64,000 nucleotides of DNA from a virus. Below the pieces are notes generated by a model, which was given only the letters and a program-made list of their open reading frames with translations, was not told the DNA's origin and made no database searches. Location: positions 32,001-96,000 of the IMG/VR virus record IMGVR_UViG_3300031649_000001. One strand, written 5' to 3'. Positions 36,348 through 45,878 of this stretch are shown in pieces (the stretch's first letter is position 1; every line of letters starts with the position of its first letter). The translations under genes and the position numbers were made by a program.

Positions 36348-36608
36348 ATGGCGAACGAGTGGCGGCGCGCCCGGCGCGAGGCACAGAAGGCGGCGCTGCG
36401 GGCGGTGGCGGAGGCCCTGGGGGGCGACGACGAGGCGTACACCATCGCCGGGTTCCTGGCCCGCCACAACCGGCACACCGGCGGCGCCATCACCAAGCCG
36501 GAGCAGCTCCTGGGGCTGGAGGTGCCGGAGGATGTGATCGGGATCGGGGAGACGCGCGCCCGGCGGATCTACGACTGGCAGGAACGCCAACGCGATCCAC
36601 GGGGATAG
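36348..36608 (+). CDS. Hypothetical protein (HhH-like GIG..RA)
   Basis: VIGIGETRARRI. Confidence 0.5.
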   Translation: MANEWRRARREAQKAALRAVAEALGGDDEAYTIAGFLARHNRHTGGAITKPEQLLGLEVPEDVIGIGETRARRIYDWQERQRDPRG

Positions 36609-36615
36609 AGCAGGT

Positions 36616-37077
36616 ATGGGCGTACGCATCGAGTTCACCTGGAACGAGCCGGAGATCGAGCGCATGCTGCGGTCGCCGGACGGCGACGTGGCCACCTACG
36701 TGCGCCGGGTGGCGGAGGCTACGCGCTCGCTGGCGGTCGCCGGGGCGCCGGTGGACGACGGCCCCCTCCGGGCCTCCCTGCGCGTCCAGATGGAGTACAC
36801 AGGGGCCCACGTGAAGGCGTGGGTCTACAGCAACCTGGAGTACGCCCTGTACGTCCACGAGGGCACCGGCATCTACGGCCCGAAGGGCACGCCGATCCGC
36901 CCGAAGCGGGCGAAGGTGCTGGTCTTCGAGGCCCGCAACGCCCGCACCACCGCACGCGGCCGGGGCAACCTCGTGTTCGCCCGTCAGGTGAAGGGCGCCC
37001 GCCCGAACCGGTTCCTGCTCCGGGCGCTCCAGCAGGCCAGCCCCTGGCCGGTGGACTCCACCGTGATCTACGCCTGA
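36616..37077 (+). CDS. HK97 gp10-like tail completion/neck protein
   Basis: APVDDGPLRAS, YALYVHEGT, IRPKRAKVL.F, PNRFLLRAL. Confidence 0.85.
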   Translation: MGVRIEFTWNEPEIERMLRSPDGDVATYVRRVAEATRSLAVAGAPVDDGPLRASLRVQMEYTGAHVKAWVYSNLEYALYVHEGTGIYGPKGTPIRPKRAKVLVFEARNARTTARGRGNLVFARQVKGARPNRFLLRALQQASPWPVDSTVIYA

Positions 37078-37290
37078 CGCCTTCGATCCGTTGGCGTGGG
37101 CCCGCTGGCCGTCCTTCGCATCCCAGGCGCGACGGAGGGCCTGCCTTCGCTCGGACGCCAATCCTGCTCCGTACGCCACGGGGGGGAGCGTAGGGAGCGT
37201 GAGCGAGGCAGGCCCTCGGCCTTGGTGCGGTTGGAGCCAGCAGCGCAGGGACCTGTCCAGTTCCGGTCTGCCACCAGCAGGATAGCAGTC

Positions 37291-37330
37291 CGTATGCGCA
37301 CCGCAACACCGTGCGATAGTCTCGTGTCTC
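37291..37330 (+). promoter_or_regulatory. IR-promoter family member (right arm conserved)
   Basis: TATGCGC...GATAGT-CTCGTGTCTC upstream of RBS GAGGAG. Confidence 0.55.
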
Positions 37331-37350
37331 CCGATAGAGGAGAGGCAGCG

Positions 37351-37947
37351 ATGGCAGTAACGAACCGCCCGCGCCACGAGGCCGCCCCGGCGCTCCAGGC
37401 GATGATGATCGACTACATGCGCCGTACGCCGTGGGACGACGGGGGCGGCACCGACACGCACCGGCCGCAGGTGCTGTTCGTCTACACCAACAAGATCAGC
37501 AAGGTGACGGTGCCGCCGCGCGCCTACGACGACCACCCGCGCATCATGGTCAAGAGGATGGCGGACATCTTCACGGCCGCCCGCGCCAGCGGTGAACTGA
37601 CCGCGAAGCCTGCCGACATGGTGGGGGCGGGGATGCTGATCGAGTTCTGGCAGATCGCGTTCGCGGACCAGGCGGAGCGCGACCACTGGCGGACCCGGGA
37701 CTTCTCGGAGCACCCGCGCGCCGTGGAGGCGCGGATGCTGATCGTCCACCAGGTGGGGCATCCGCCGGTGGCGGCGATGCACAACCGGGACCGGCGGCGG
37801 ACCGGGGAGGTGCTGACGTTCCCGAAGCCCACCATGAGCGACGAACCGCTTCTGCCGGGAGGTGCGGCGCCGCCGCTGCTGATCCATCTGGAGCGGCTGT
37901 GCCGGGCGCTACTGTCGCCTCCGGCCACGTTCCTGTCCGGGCGGTAG
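37351..37947 (+). CDS. Hypothetical protein
   Basis: RBS GAGGAGAGG. Confidence 0.65.
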   Translation: MAVTNRPRHEAAPALQAMMIDYMRRTPWDDGGGTDTHRPQVLFVYTNKISKVTVPPRAYDDHPRIMVKRMADIFTAARASGELTAKPADMVGAGMLIEFWQIAFADQAERDHWRTRDFSEHPRAVEARMLIVHQVGHPPVAAMHNRDRRRTGEVLTFPKPTMSDEPLLPGGAAPPLLIHLERLCRALLSPPATFLSGR

Positions 37948-38038
37948 TCCGCCCCCTCACCGCCCGGCCGCCCGCCCGCCCGGCCGGGCGGTAGCTACGC
38001 TGTGTGCATCCGCCGCTACACACCGTGGGAGATGCACC

Positions 38039-38539
38039 GTGGCCGAAGCCCCCGACGCTCTGACGTTCTACATCGACGCGGATGACGCGTACACCCCGGC
38101 AGAGATGCCCCAGGGCGTGGTGAAGATGGGCGGCGTGGAGTACAGCGTCCGCTGCCCCAAAGACTCCCTTCCCATGCTGCTGGGCCGGATCGAGGCGCAG
38201 GCGGCCGAGCTGAAGACGGCCGCCGCGTACGAGGACGTGGTCCGCCAGCTCGCGGCGGCCGTGTTCGAGCCGGACGACGTGGAGGCCATCCTGGAGCGGG
38301 TGGTCGACCAGAACGAGCGCACGCTCTCCGTCGCCTTCCTGATGGACACCGTGCGCCGGGTGTACGAGGCGTACGGCCCGCATCTGGACAAGGCGTACGA
38401 GGAGCTGGGGCTGGAGAACCCGGTGAAGAAGACCGGCCCCAAGACCCCCCAGGACCGTAAGCCCAGCAGCCGCAAGCCCCCGGCGAAGAAGGCCGCCAAG
38501 AAGGCCCCCGCCAAGAAGACGGCGGCGCGGGCACGATGA
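38039..38539 (+). CDS. Tail assembly chaperone (Lys-rich PAKK tail)
   Basis: Position before tape measure; RCPK motif; histone-like C-terminus. Confidence 0.6.
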   Translation: MAEAPDALTFYIDADDAYTPAEMPQGVVKMGGVEYSVRCPKDSLPMLLGRIEAQAAELKTAAAYEDVVRQLAAAVFEPDDVEAILERVVDQNERTLSVAFLMDTVRRVYEAYGPHLDKAYEELGLENPVKKTGPKTPQDRKPSSRKPPAKKAAKKAPAKKTAARAR

Positions 38540-39102
38540 CCCGCCTGGGCCCGGCGCGGCCGGGGCCGCTGACCTTCACCCTGGACGGCGAGCCCTACAC
38601 CCTGTCCATCCCCGTGGATGGGCTGGAGGCGTGCGGGTGGGTCGCCGAGGGCAACTGGTACGCGCTGGTGCCGGGCTGCCTCAAGGGCGACTCAGAAGAC
38701 CGCTTCCTCGCCCTCCTGGGCGACCCGTACGGGCCGGTGGGCCTGCGGGTGTGCACGCGCCTGGCGTACGGCCTGGCGAAGCCCGTGTACGGCTTTGAGT
38801 GGCATGTGGCGCAGCGCCTGGCCGTGACCGCCCGCGAGCACTGGGACCTGTTCTCGGGGTGGACGGTGACCGTCGGGTTCGAGCCCGAGGGTGCCAGCGC
38901 GCACCGGGTGTGCAGCGCGGTGTACTCGTGGCTGCGGTCGGGGTGCCAGGAGGAGAAGGACGTCCGCAGGCTGGAGACCCAGCTCAACGCGCCGCCCCGG
39001 CAGACCCTGGGGCGTGGCCGCCGGGCCATCATGCCGGGGTTCGACAAGCAGGCGCAGGCGGCCGACTGGAAGAAGGCGTTCGCGGAGCTGGGCAGCGGGT
39101 GA
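38536..39102 (+). CDS. Second tail assembly chaperone-like protein
   Basis: ATGA overlap; W..F.GW pattern; precedes TMP. Confidence 0.55.
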   Translation: MTRLGPARPGPLTFTLDGEPYTLSIPVDGLEACGWVAEGNWYALVPGCLKGDSEDRFLALLGDPYGPVGLRVCTRLAYGLAKPVYGFEWHVAQRLAVTAREHWDLFSGWTVTVGFEPEGASAHRVCSAVYSWLRSGCQEEKDVRRLETQLNAPPRQTLGRGRRAIMPGFDKQAQAADWKKAFAELGSG

Positions 39103-39120
39103 TCGGTCAGTCGGCGTCGC

Positions 39121-39888
39121 TCACCCGGTCACGCTATCGGCCCGCGCACCGATCTTGCCCCGCCAGCGGTCGGTCGCCCGGCGGAACAGCTCGTCGGCGC
39201 GGCGGCGGTCGTAGACGCGCTGGGGAGGGATGTCGGCACGCAGGGCGGCCCGGCGCAGCGTCATGCCCTCCTGGACGCCCGCGCGCAGGGCCTCCCACTG
39301 CTCCTCGCTGATCTCCGTGGGGTCGGGCGCCCGGCGTGCCCTGGCCCTGGCGCGGGCGGCGTCCATCGCGTCGCGGAACACGGAGTCGCGGCGGCGGCGC
39401 TGGTAGATCACCGCGTTGGTGATCCCGGCTTCCTCGGCGGCCAGGTTGATGATCATGCCGTCCTCGACGGCCTTGAGGAACAGCCGGACCCGGTGGGGGG
39501 TGAAGCGGTGTTCGCGGCGCTGGCGCAGGGCGGGCGGGTTCATGCGGCGGGCGGCTTCGGCCGCCTCCGCGAAGGCGGGGCTGTTCTGGCGCCAGCCCTT
39601 CACGCGCTCATCCCCGTGGAACAGGATGCGGGCGGCCTGGGTGGGGGTGAAGCCCAGCGCCAGGAGCCCGACGTACTGGGCCTGCTGGAGGATCTTGTCG
39701 GCGTCGTAGGCGTAGGGGTCGTGCCCGGCCAGCGCGAGCTGGACGTCGGTGTCGGTGCGGGCGGCGGCGTACACGGCTGCGGGCTTCACGTTGATCATCT
39801 CGGCGGCGTCGGTGGCGGTGTTCCCCACCCGCAGCATCTTGATCACCATGTCGGCCTGGTCGTTGGTCAGGGGCGTGGCTCGGTCCAT
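39121..39888 (-). CDS. Multi-HTH (four repeats) DNA-binding protein
   Basis: Four 'G.T...AA...G/I....VY..R..D..F' units. Confidence 0.7.
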   Translation of the reverse strand: MDRATPLTNDQADMVIKMLRVGNTATDAAEMINVKPAAVYAAARTDTDVQLALAGHDPYAYDADKILQQAQYVGLLALGFTPTQAARILFHGDERVKGWRQNSPAFAEAAEAARRMNPPALRQRREHRFTPHRVRLFLKAVEDGMIINLAAEEAGITNAVIYQRRRRDSVFRDAMDAARARARARRAPDPTEISEEQWEALRAGVQEGMTLRRAALRADIPPQRVYDRRRADELFRRATDRWRGKIGARADSVTG

Positions 39889-40022
39889 GCGGGCGGAGTG
39901 TACGGACGGCCACTGACAAGAGGTCGTGAGCTGCGTGGATGGGCCTGCGGACCCGGCCGCCCGCCCGGCCGCCCGGCCGGATGTGGACACGGACGGTAGC
40001 CTGGTGTCGCATTGAGTGATCG

Positions 40023-40076
40023 CTGCTGGTTGATGGGCCGGGCGACGAACGCAGTTCGTCATGTCCGGAGGCAGCG
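40023..40076 (+). promoter_or_regulatory. Structured leader of tape measure gene with 18-bp shared motif
   Basis: CTGCTGGTTGATGGGCCG then GACGAAC-GCA-GTTCGTC hairpin. Confidence 0.55.
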
Positions 40077-43000
40077 GTGGCAGGTGAGGTCGGACGCGCG
40101 TCAGTCGTCATCACCGCCGACATCGGAACCTTCAACGCCGAGCTGAGGCGCGAGTTCCGCGACGCGGGCCGCGACGCCGGACAGGCCCTGGACGATGCCC
40201 TCCAGCGGGCCATCCGCAACTCCGGCCGCAACGCGGCCCGCACCATCGCCCGCGACCTGCGCTCCAATCTGCGCGGACTGAAGGCGTCCGTGGAGGTGGA
40301 GCCGGACACCAGCCGGTTCCGCACCCAGCTCCAGCGTGATCTGCGTGGACTGGCCGCCGCGTCCGTACGGGTCGCGCCGGACTCCGACACCTTCCGTACC
40401 GAGCTGAACCGGCAGCTGACCGGGCTGGGCTCGGTGGGCATCCCGGCCCAGCCGGACACCACACGCTTCGCCGCGCTGCTCCGGCGCCAGCTACGCGGCA
40501 CCACCGTGGACGTCGGCGTCACGCCGGACGCGGCCCGCTTCCAGGCGGCCATCCAGGCGGCGGCCCGTGCCGTCAGCGCCGACGTACGCCTCAGTCCGGA
40601 CGTAGCGGCCTTCCGGGCGCAGGTGACGGCCGCGCTGCGCGGGGTCACCGCGCAGGTCCGTGTAGAGCCGGAGATGAGCCGGTTCGAGGCTGCGCTGCGG
40701 CGCGGGCTGCGGGCGCTGCGGGTCGACGTCGGCGTGGACCCGAACACGACCGGGTTCCTGGCCCGGCTCCAGCGCGACGTACGCGGGTTCGCGGTCAACG
40801 TCCGGGTCAACGCGGACGTCTCCCGCTTCCAGCGCCAGCTCAACCGGGATCTGCGCGGACTGGGCAACATCACGGTCCGGGTGCAGGGGGACGCCGCCCG
40901 GTTCCGGCGGGATCTTGAGCGGGCGATGCGCGGGCTGGAGCCCATCCGTATCCGCGTGGAGCCGGACCTGGACCGGCTGAACGACGCGCTGCGCCGTCAC
41001 AACGCGCCCGACGTCACGGTCAACGTCAACCCCGACGCCAACCGCTTCCAGCGGGCGCTGGGCACCATCGCCGGGATGGCCGGGCGGGCGGGCGCGGCCT
41101 TCGCCGGGCTGCTGCGTATCGGCGCCCTGGCGGGGGCGTTCCTGTCGGCGGCAGCGGCCATCGCCTCCTTCGCGGCGTCGCTGGCCCCGGCGCTCGGCAT
41201 CATCGCCGCCGGTCCGGCGGTCATCACCGGGATGATCGTCGCCACGTCGGCGCTGAAGATCGCCCTGTCGGGGGTGGGGGAAGCCTTCGGGGCGGCCCTG
41301 GGCGACGACGCGGAGGCGTTCAACAAGGCTCTGGAGAAGCTGTCGCCGGAGGCCCAGGCGGCGGCCAAGGAACTCCGCGCGCTCAAGCCTGCGTTCGACC
41401 AGCTCAAGACCACCGTCCAGGACGCGTTCTTCAAGCCCCTTGAGGGGCAGATCACCGGCGTCGCCAAGGCGCTCGGCGGCCCCCTGAAGCAGGGCCTGGC
41501 CGACGTCGCCGGGAACTTCGGGCTGGCCGGGCAGCGGATCGCCAACTTCCTGCGCTCCGCGCTGGGGGTCCAGGCCGTCACCAACATCCTCGACGGCACC
41601 ACCAAGGCGACGTCCGGGCTGGCCGCCGCCATCGGGCCGGTGGTCGCCGGGTTCACGCGGGTGGCCGGGGCCGTCTCCAAGGCGTTCGGCGACCAGCTCG
41701 GCGACGCCATCGCCAGCCTCGGGGCCCGGTTCGGGTCCTTCCTCGGGGAGGCCGCCGCCTCCGGCCAGGCAGTCGCCTGGGTCCAGGGGGCGCTGGTCAC
41801 CTTCCGGCAGCTCGGTGACCTCGTCGGCTCGCTGGTCGGCCTCTTCGGGGACCTGTTCGGGGCGCTGGCCGCCGGGGGCGGCGGGTCGCTGGGGGCCCTG
41901 ACGCAGATCATCGACGCGGTACGGACGGCGATCCAGCCGCTCCTGCCGCTGGTCACCCAGCTCGCGCAGCTCTTCTCTACCGTCCTGTCCACGGCGCTGT
42001 CCACGATGATGGCCGTGCTGGGGCCGGTGATCACGGCCATCTCGTCGGTACTGACGCCGCTCATCCCGGTCCTGACCCAGGCCTTCCAGCAGTTCGGTGC
42101 GGCGCTGGCCCCCGTCGCGGCCCAGCTCGGCGCCGGGCTGGCCTCGGTGATCACCGGGCTCGCCCCCGTCTTCGCTCAACTGGCCCCGCTCGTAGCCCAG
42201 TTGGGGCAGGCGTTCGGGGCGATCCTGGGGGCCGCCCTTCAGATCGTCCTGCCGTTGCTCGGGCCGATCATCGACTTCATCGGCCAGCTCCTGCCGATCT
42301 TCACCCCCCTGATCGGGGTCGTCACCGAGGTCGCGACCGCGCTCGGCGGTGCGCTCGGGGAGGCGGCCCAGGCCCTGGCCCCGCTGCTGGTGGAGGTGGG
42401 GGCCGCCCTCACCGAGGTCGCTGCCGCCGTGGTGCCGCTGGTGGGGCAGCTCATCGGCGCCCTGCTGCCCGTCCTGCCGCCCATCGTCGACGCCTTCTCC
42501 GCCCTGGTCAGCGCGCTGCTCCCGCTGATCCCGCCGATCGCCGACCTGCTCGTGTCGCTGGCGCCGCTCATCTCGATGCTGATCGGCCTGCTGGCGCCGG
42601 TGCTCCAGGTGGAGGCCGCGTTCGCGGCCTGGGTCGCGATCAACATCATCGTCCCGATCATCCAGAAGGTCGTCGCGATCCTGGTCGGCCTGATCCAGGG
42701 CGTCACAGCGGTGATCACCTTCATCACCGGGCTGCCCGGGGCGGTGGTCGGGGCGCTGTCGTCGTTCGCGTCGATGCTCGTCGGCTTCTTCACGTCCGCC
42801 TGGGCGGCCGTCACCACCGCCGTATCCACGGGGATCGATGCCGTGGTGGGGTTCTTCACCGCGCTGCCCGGCCGGATCCTCGCGTTCCTCCAGGCGCTGC
42901 CCGGCATGCTGATCGACCTGTTCACGTCGGCCGTCGCCGGGCTCGCCATCGCGATCCTGACCGGGATCGCCGCCGTGGTGTTCATCTTCACCGAGCTGCC

Positions 43001-43757
43001 CGGCCGCATCCTCTCCGCCCTCCAGTCGCTGGGCTCGCGGCTGGTGGGGCTGTTCACGTCGGCGGCCAGCGCCACGGCGGGGGCGGTGCGGTCGGGCTTC
43101 ACCGCCGTCACCTCGTTCTTCTCCGCCCTCCCCGGGCGGATCATGGCCTTCATCACTTCGCTGCCCGGCCGGATCAGCTCCATCTTCCGGTCGGCCGCCT
43201 CGTCCGCGTCCAGCGCGGTCCGCTCCGGCTTCAGCTCCGTCATCTCGTTCTTCAGCGCGCTGCCCGGCCGGATCGCGTCCGCCATCTCCGGCATCGGCTC
43301 CCGCATCGCCGGAGTGTTCCGGTCGGCGGCCAGCTCCGCCCGCTCCGCCGTCTCGGGTCTCATCTCCGGCGTGGTGTCGCTGTTCTCCGGCCTCGCCGGG
43401 AAGATCGTCGGGGCGATCGGCGACATCGGCGGCCAGATCATGGCGAAGATCAAGGGCGGTATCCCCAGCTCGGTGCGGAAGTACCTGCCCTTCGCCGACG
43501 GCGGCATCGTCACCATGCCCACCCGCGCCCTCATCGGCGAGGCCGGTAAGGAAGTCGTCGTCCCGATGACCCGCCCGGCCCGCGCCATCCAGCTCGCCCA
43601 GCAGTCCGGCCTGGTCGACCTGCTGAAGAAGTCCGGCGCCCTCAAGGGCCACGCCGAGACGCCCAGCCACACGTGGAACATCACCACGCCCGGCAGCGAC
43701 GCGTATGTCATCGCCCAGAACCTGTACGGCCACATCGCCCGCGCCAGCGGCATCTAG
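40077..43757 (+). CDS. Tape measure protein
   Basis: 1226 aa Ala/Gly/Leu-rich; VGRASVVI.AD N-terminus; ALPGRI repeats; FADGGIV...ALIGEAG.E.V.P. Confidence 0.92.
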   Translation: MAGEVGRASVVITADIGTFNAELRREFRDAGRDAGQALDDALQRAIRNSGRNAARTIARDLRSNLRGLKASVEVEPDTSRFRTQLQRDLRGLAAASVRVAPDSDTFRTELNRQLTGLGSVGIPAQPDTTRFAALLRRQLRGTTVDVGVTPDAARFQAAIQAAARAVSADVRLSPDVAAFRAQVTAALRGVTAQVRVEPEMSRFEAALRRGLRALRVDVGVDPNTTGFLARLQRDVRGFAVNVRVNADVSRFQRQLNRDLRGLGNITVRVQGDAARFRRDLERAMRGLEPIRIRVEPDLDRLNDALRRHNAPDVTVNVNPDANRFQRALGTIAGMAGRAGAAFAGLLRIGALAGAFLSAAAAIASFAASLAPALGIIAAGPAVITGMIVATSALKIALSGVGEAFGAALGDDAEAFNKALEKLSPEAQAAAKELRALKPAFDQLKTTVQDAFFKPLEGQITGVAKALGGPLKQGLADVAGNFGLAGQRIANFLRSALGVQAVTNILDGTTKATSGLAAAIGPVVAGFTRVAGAVSKAFGDQLGDAIASLGARFGSFLGEAAASGQAVAWVQGALVTFRQLGDLVGSLVGLFGDLFGALAAGGGGSLGALTQIIDAVRTAIQPLLPLVTQLAQLFSTVLSTALSTMMAVLGPVITAISSVLTPLIPVLTQAFQQFGAALAPVAAQLGAGLASVITGLAPVFAQLAPLVAQLGQAFGAILGAALQIVLPLLGPIIDFIGQLLPIFTPLIGVVTEVATALGGALGEAAQALAPLLVEVGAALTEVAAAVVPLVGQLIGALLPVLPPIVDAFSALVSALLPLIPPIADLLVSLAPLISMLIGLLAPVLQVEAAFAAWVAINIIVPIIQKVVAILVGLIQGVTAVITFITGLPGAVVGALSSFASMLVGFFTSAWAAVTTAVSTGIDAVVGFFTALPGRILAFLQALPGMLIDLFTSAVAGLAIAILTGIAAVVFIFTELPGRILSALQSLGSRLVGLFTSAASATAGAVRSGFTAVTSFFSALPGRIMAFITSLPGRISSIFRSAASSASSAVRSGFSSVISFFSALPGRIASAISGIGSRIAGVFRSAASSARSAVSGLISGVVSLFSGLAGKIVGAIGDIGGQIMAKIKGGIPSSVRKYLPFADGGIVTMPTRALIGEAGKEVVVPMTRPARAIQLAQQSGLVDLLKKSGALKGHAETPSHTWNITTPGSDAYVIAQNLYGHIARASGI

Positions 43758-43760
43758 GGG

Positions 43761-44567
43761 GTGAGCTGCATGTTTATGGAAACCGACGCGCTATATTTCG
43801 GCGGCATGGTCACCAATAACCACTGCTCCGTAGGCGGCTGCACCAAGCACCGCCAGACGCACGGCAAGTGCCTCACCCACGCGCGCCAGGACCCCACCCT
43901 TCCCCGCTGCACGTATCCCGCGTGCGGCGACGTGGAGCGCGCCAAGGGCCACTGCGACCGGCACTACATCCAGCAGCGACAGGGCATTGAGCTCAAGCCG
44001 TTCGTCCAGTGGAACCTGCTGGACTGCCGAGGCCCGCTCTGCACCCGCAGCGCGAAGTACCGGGACGGCTACTGCAAGCCCCACCATGAGCAGCGCCAGA
44101 AGCACGGCGAGGTGTGGGTGATCGGGACCCGGAAGCACCCCGGCCGCGCGCCGGTGACCAAGTGCATCGAGCCCGGCTGCCCATCCACGCAGATCGCCGT
44201 CCTGTCGCGGTGCCTGGAGCACGCGCGCCAGGCGCACGGCGAGTGCTGGCTGCCGTGGTGCACCGACCCGGGCCACCACGTGACGGGGCTGTGCGACAAG
44301 CACCGCCGCCACCAGCGGGCCATGATGCACAGCTACGGCATCGGCTGGCAGCGCCGTTTGGAGATGGCGGAGGAGCAGGGCCACCAGTGCCCCCTCTGTG
44401 GCGCCCCCGATGACCTGGCGAACGGCGAGGGCCTGCACATCGATCACGACCACACCACGGGCCGGGTTCGCGGCTTGCTCTGCGGCCTCTGCAACCGGGG
44501 AATCGGCCTGCTCGGTCATGACCTCACCCGCCTGCGCAAGGCGATCACCTACCTGGAGGTCACGTGA
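43761..44567 (+). CDS. Endonuclease VII-family (homing-type) nuclease with five N-terminal Cx4C..Cx2H repeats
   Basis: QGHQCPLCG...LHIDHDHTTGRVRGLLCGLCNRGIG; start uncertain. Confidence 0.85.
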   Translation: MSCMFMETDALYFGGMVTNNHCSVGGCTKHRQTHGKCLTHARQDPTLPRCTYPACGDVERAKGHCDRHYIQQRQGIELKPFVQWNLLDCRGPLCTRSAKYRDGYCKPHHEQRQKHGEVWVIGTRKHPGRAPVTKCIEPGCPSTQIAVLSRCLEHARQAHGECWLPWCTDPGHHVTGLCDKHRRHQRAMMHSYGIGWQRRLEMAEEQGHQCPLCGAPDDLANGEGLHIDHDHTTGRVRGLLCGLCNRGIGLLGHDLTRLRKAITYLEVT

Positions 44568-44579
44568 TCACCGAAGGGG

Positions 44580-45872
44580 GTGGCCATCATCTGGGACGGC
44601 TATTTGCAGTTGGCCGGTAACGAGATCGTCAACAGCGCCAGGGCGGTGGCGTATGCGCGGGCGGCCGGGCTGCCGATGGAGTGCGACCCGTGCGACGCCG
44701 TGGCGGAGGCGATGGGTGATGCCCCGTACTTCAGCCTGGAGGACGGCACGGCTCCCTGGTACGACCCGGGCGTCCCGGCCAGCCGTGGCTTCCACGGCGT
44801 GTTCGGCATGGACGTGGCGGGGTTCTCCGGCTCCACCATCACCCGCTCCCCAACCGCGCTGATCGGTGACGGGTCGGCGCTCGGTCCGGCCCGCCGCAAC
44901 CACCGCGAGATCGCCTGGACCGTCGCTCTGATCACCGAGGGCGAGGCCGAACTCTCGTACGCGATGGAGTGGCTGTCGACCACGCTCCTCGGCTCGCAGT
45001 GCGAGGGCCGCACCTGCGACGGGGATGAGATCTGCGTGTTCTCCGCGTGCCCCGGCACGACCCCGCTGGCCGTCGGCGACACCAGCGTCCTGGGCGACCA
45101 GGAGATCCGCCACCTGTACGACGCGGGCATCCTGTCCGGCCCGGTCGTCACGGGCCGTCAGTGGATGGGCGGGGGCCGGTTCCTGTGGGCCACGGTCACC
45201 TTCACCCTCGCGGCGGCCAAGCCGTGGATCTACCACGACCCGCTGGCCGCGAACGTGGACTGGGTCGCGCTGGGGAGCGGGGAGCTGGTCAGCAACATCG
45301 ACCCCGACCAGGTGTACCAGCAGTGCCTCCAGCCCAGCCCCTGCGCCACCGACCCGCTCTGCCCCACCCCGCCGCTGCCGCCCAAGGCGCCCTCCCCGCT
45401 GAGCCCGTGCTATCCGACCGGCCTGGCCAGCTTCCGCCGCTCCCGCATCCAGGTCTCCCCGCTGGACGAATCCGCGTGGCTGGAGACGGTTCCGGTGCTG
45501 GAGGTGCGTACCGGCTCCACGGCCATGCGCCGGGTGCTGGTGCGGTTCTGGGCGAACCCCCAGAACAACCCCTGCAACTCCGCTCTGGACCCGTGCAACG
45601 CCTGCGCTGACATCAACGTCGGCTACATCCCGGCGGGGTCCACGCTGCGCGTGGACGGCCGTGTGCAGCGGAGCGTGGTGGAGTGCCCGCAGCTCCCCAT
45701 CGGCATCGCCACCAGTACCCCCACCATCTACGGCGCCGAAGGAGCGAACTTCACGTGGCCCACCTTCCCCTGCCCCACCGGCCTCTGCATCGAGGTGTGG
45801 TCCCGTTCCGACACCACAGCGGCCAACGCCACGGCGCGGGTGCTGCTGGTGCCCCGTGCGGACGCCGGGTGA
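44580..45872 (+). CDS. Distal tail (Dit-like) minor tail protein
   Basis: YL.LAGNEIVN.AR..AY, APWYDP..P.S..F.G, TFTL.AA.PW.Y; follows TMP. Confidence 0.8.
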   Translation: MAIIWDGYLQLAGNEIVNSARAVAYARAAGLPMECDPCDAVAEAMGDAPYFSLEDGTAPWYDPGVPASRGFHGVFGMDVAGFSGSTITRSPTALIGDGSALGPARRNHREIAWTVALITEGEAELSYAMEWLSTTLLGSQCEGRTCDGDEICVFSACPGTTPLAVGDTSVLGDQEIRHLYDAGILSGPVVTGRQWMGGGRFLWATVTFTLAAAKPWIYHDPLAANVDWVALGSGELVSNIDPDQVYQQCLQPSPCATDPLCPTPPLPPKAPSPLSPCYPTGLASFRRSRIQVSPLDESAWLETVPVLEVRTGSTAMRRVLVRFWANPQNNPCNSALDPCNACADINVGYIPAGSTLRVDGRVQRSVVECPQLPIGIATSTPTIYGAEGANFTWPTFPCPTGLCIEVWSRSDTTAANATARVLLVPRADAG

Positions 45873-45878
45873 TGCGCC

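Noticed and set aside
38500-38545. Programmed frameshift between tail assembly chaperones
   Set aside because: Genes overlap by ATGA and no clear slippery heptamer was seen
40491-43733. Very long antisense ORFs (also 7211..9886, 19964..23203, 44568..48125)
   Set aside because: Shadow frames of high-GC genes; the opposite strand has recognisable proteins
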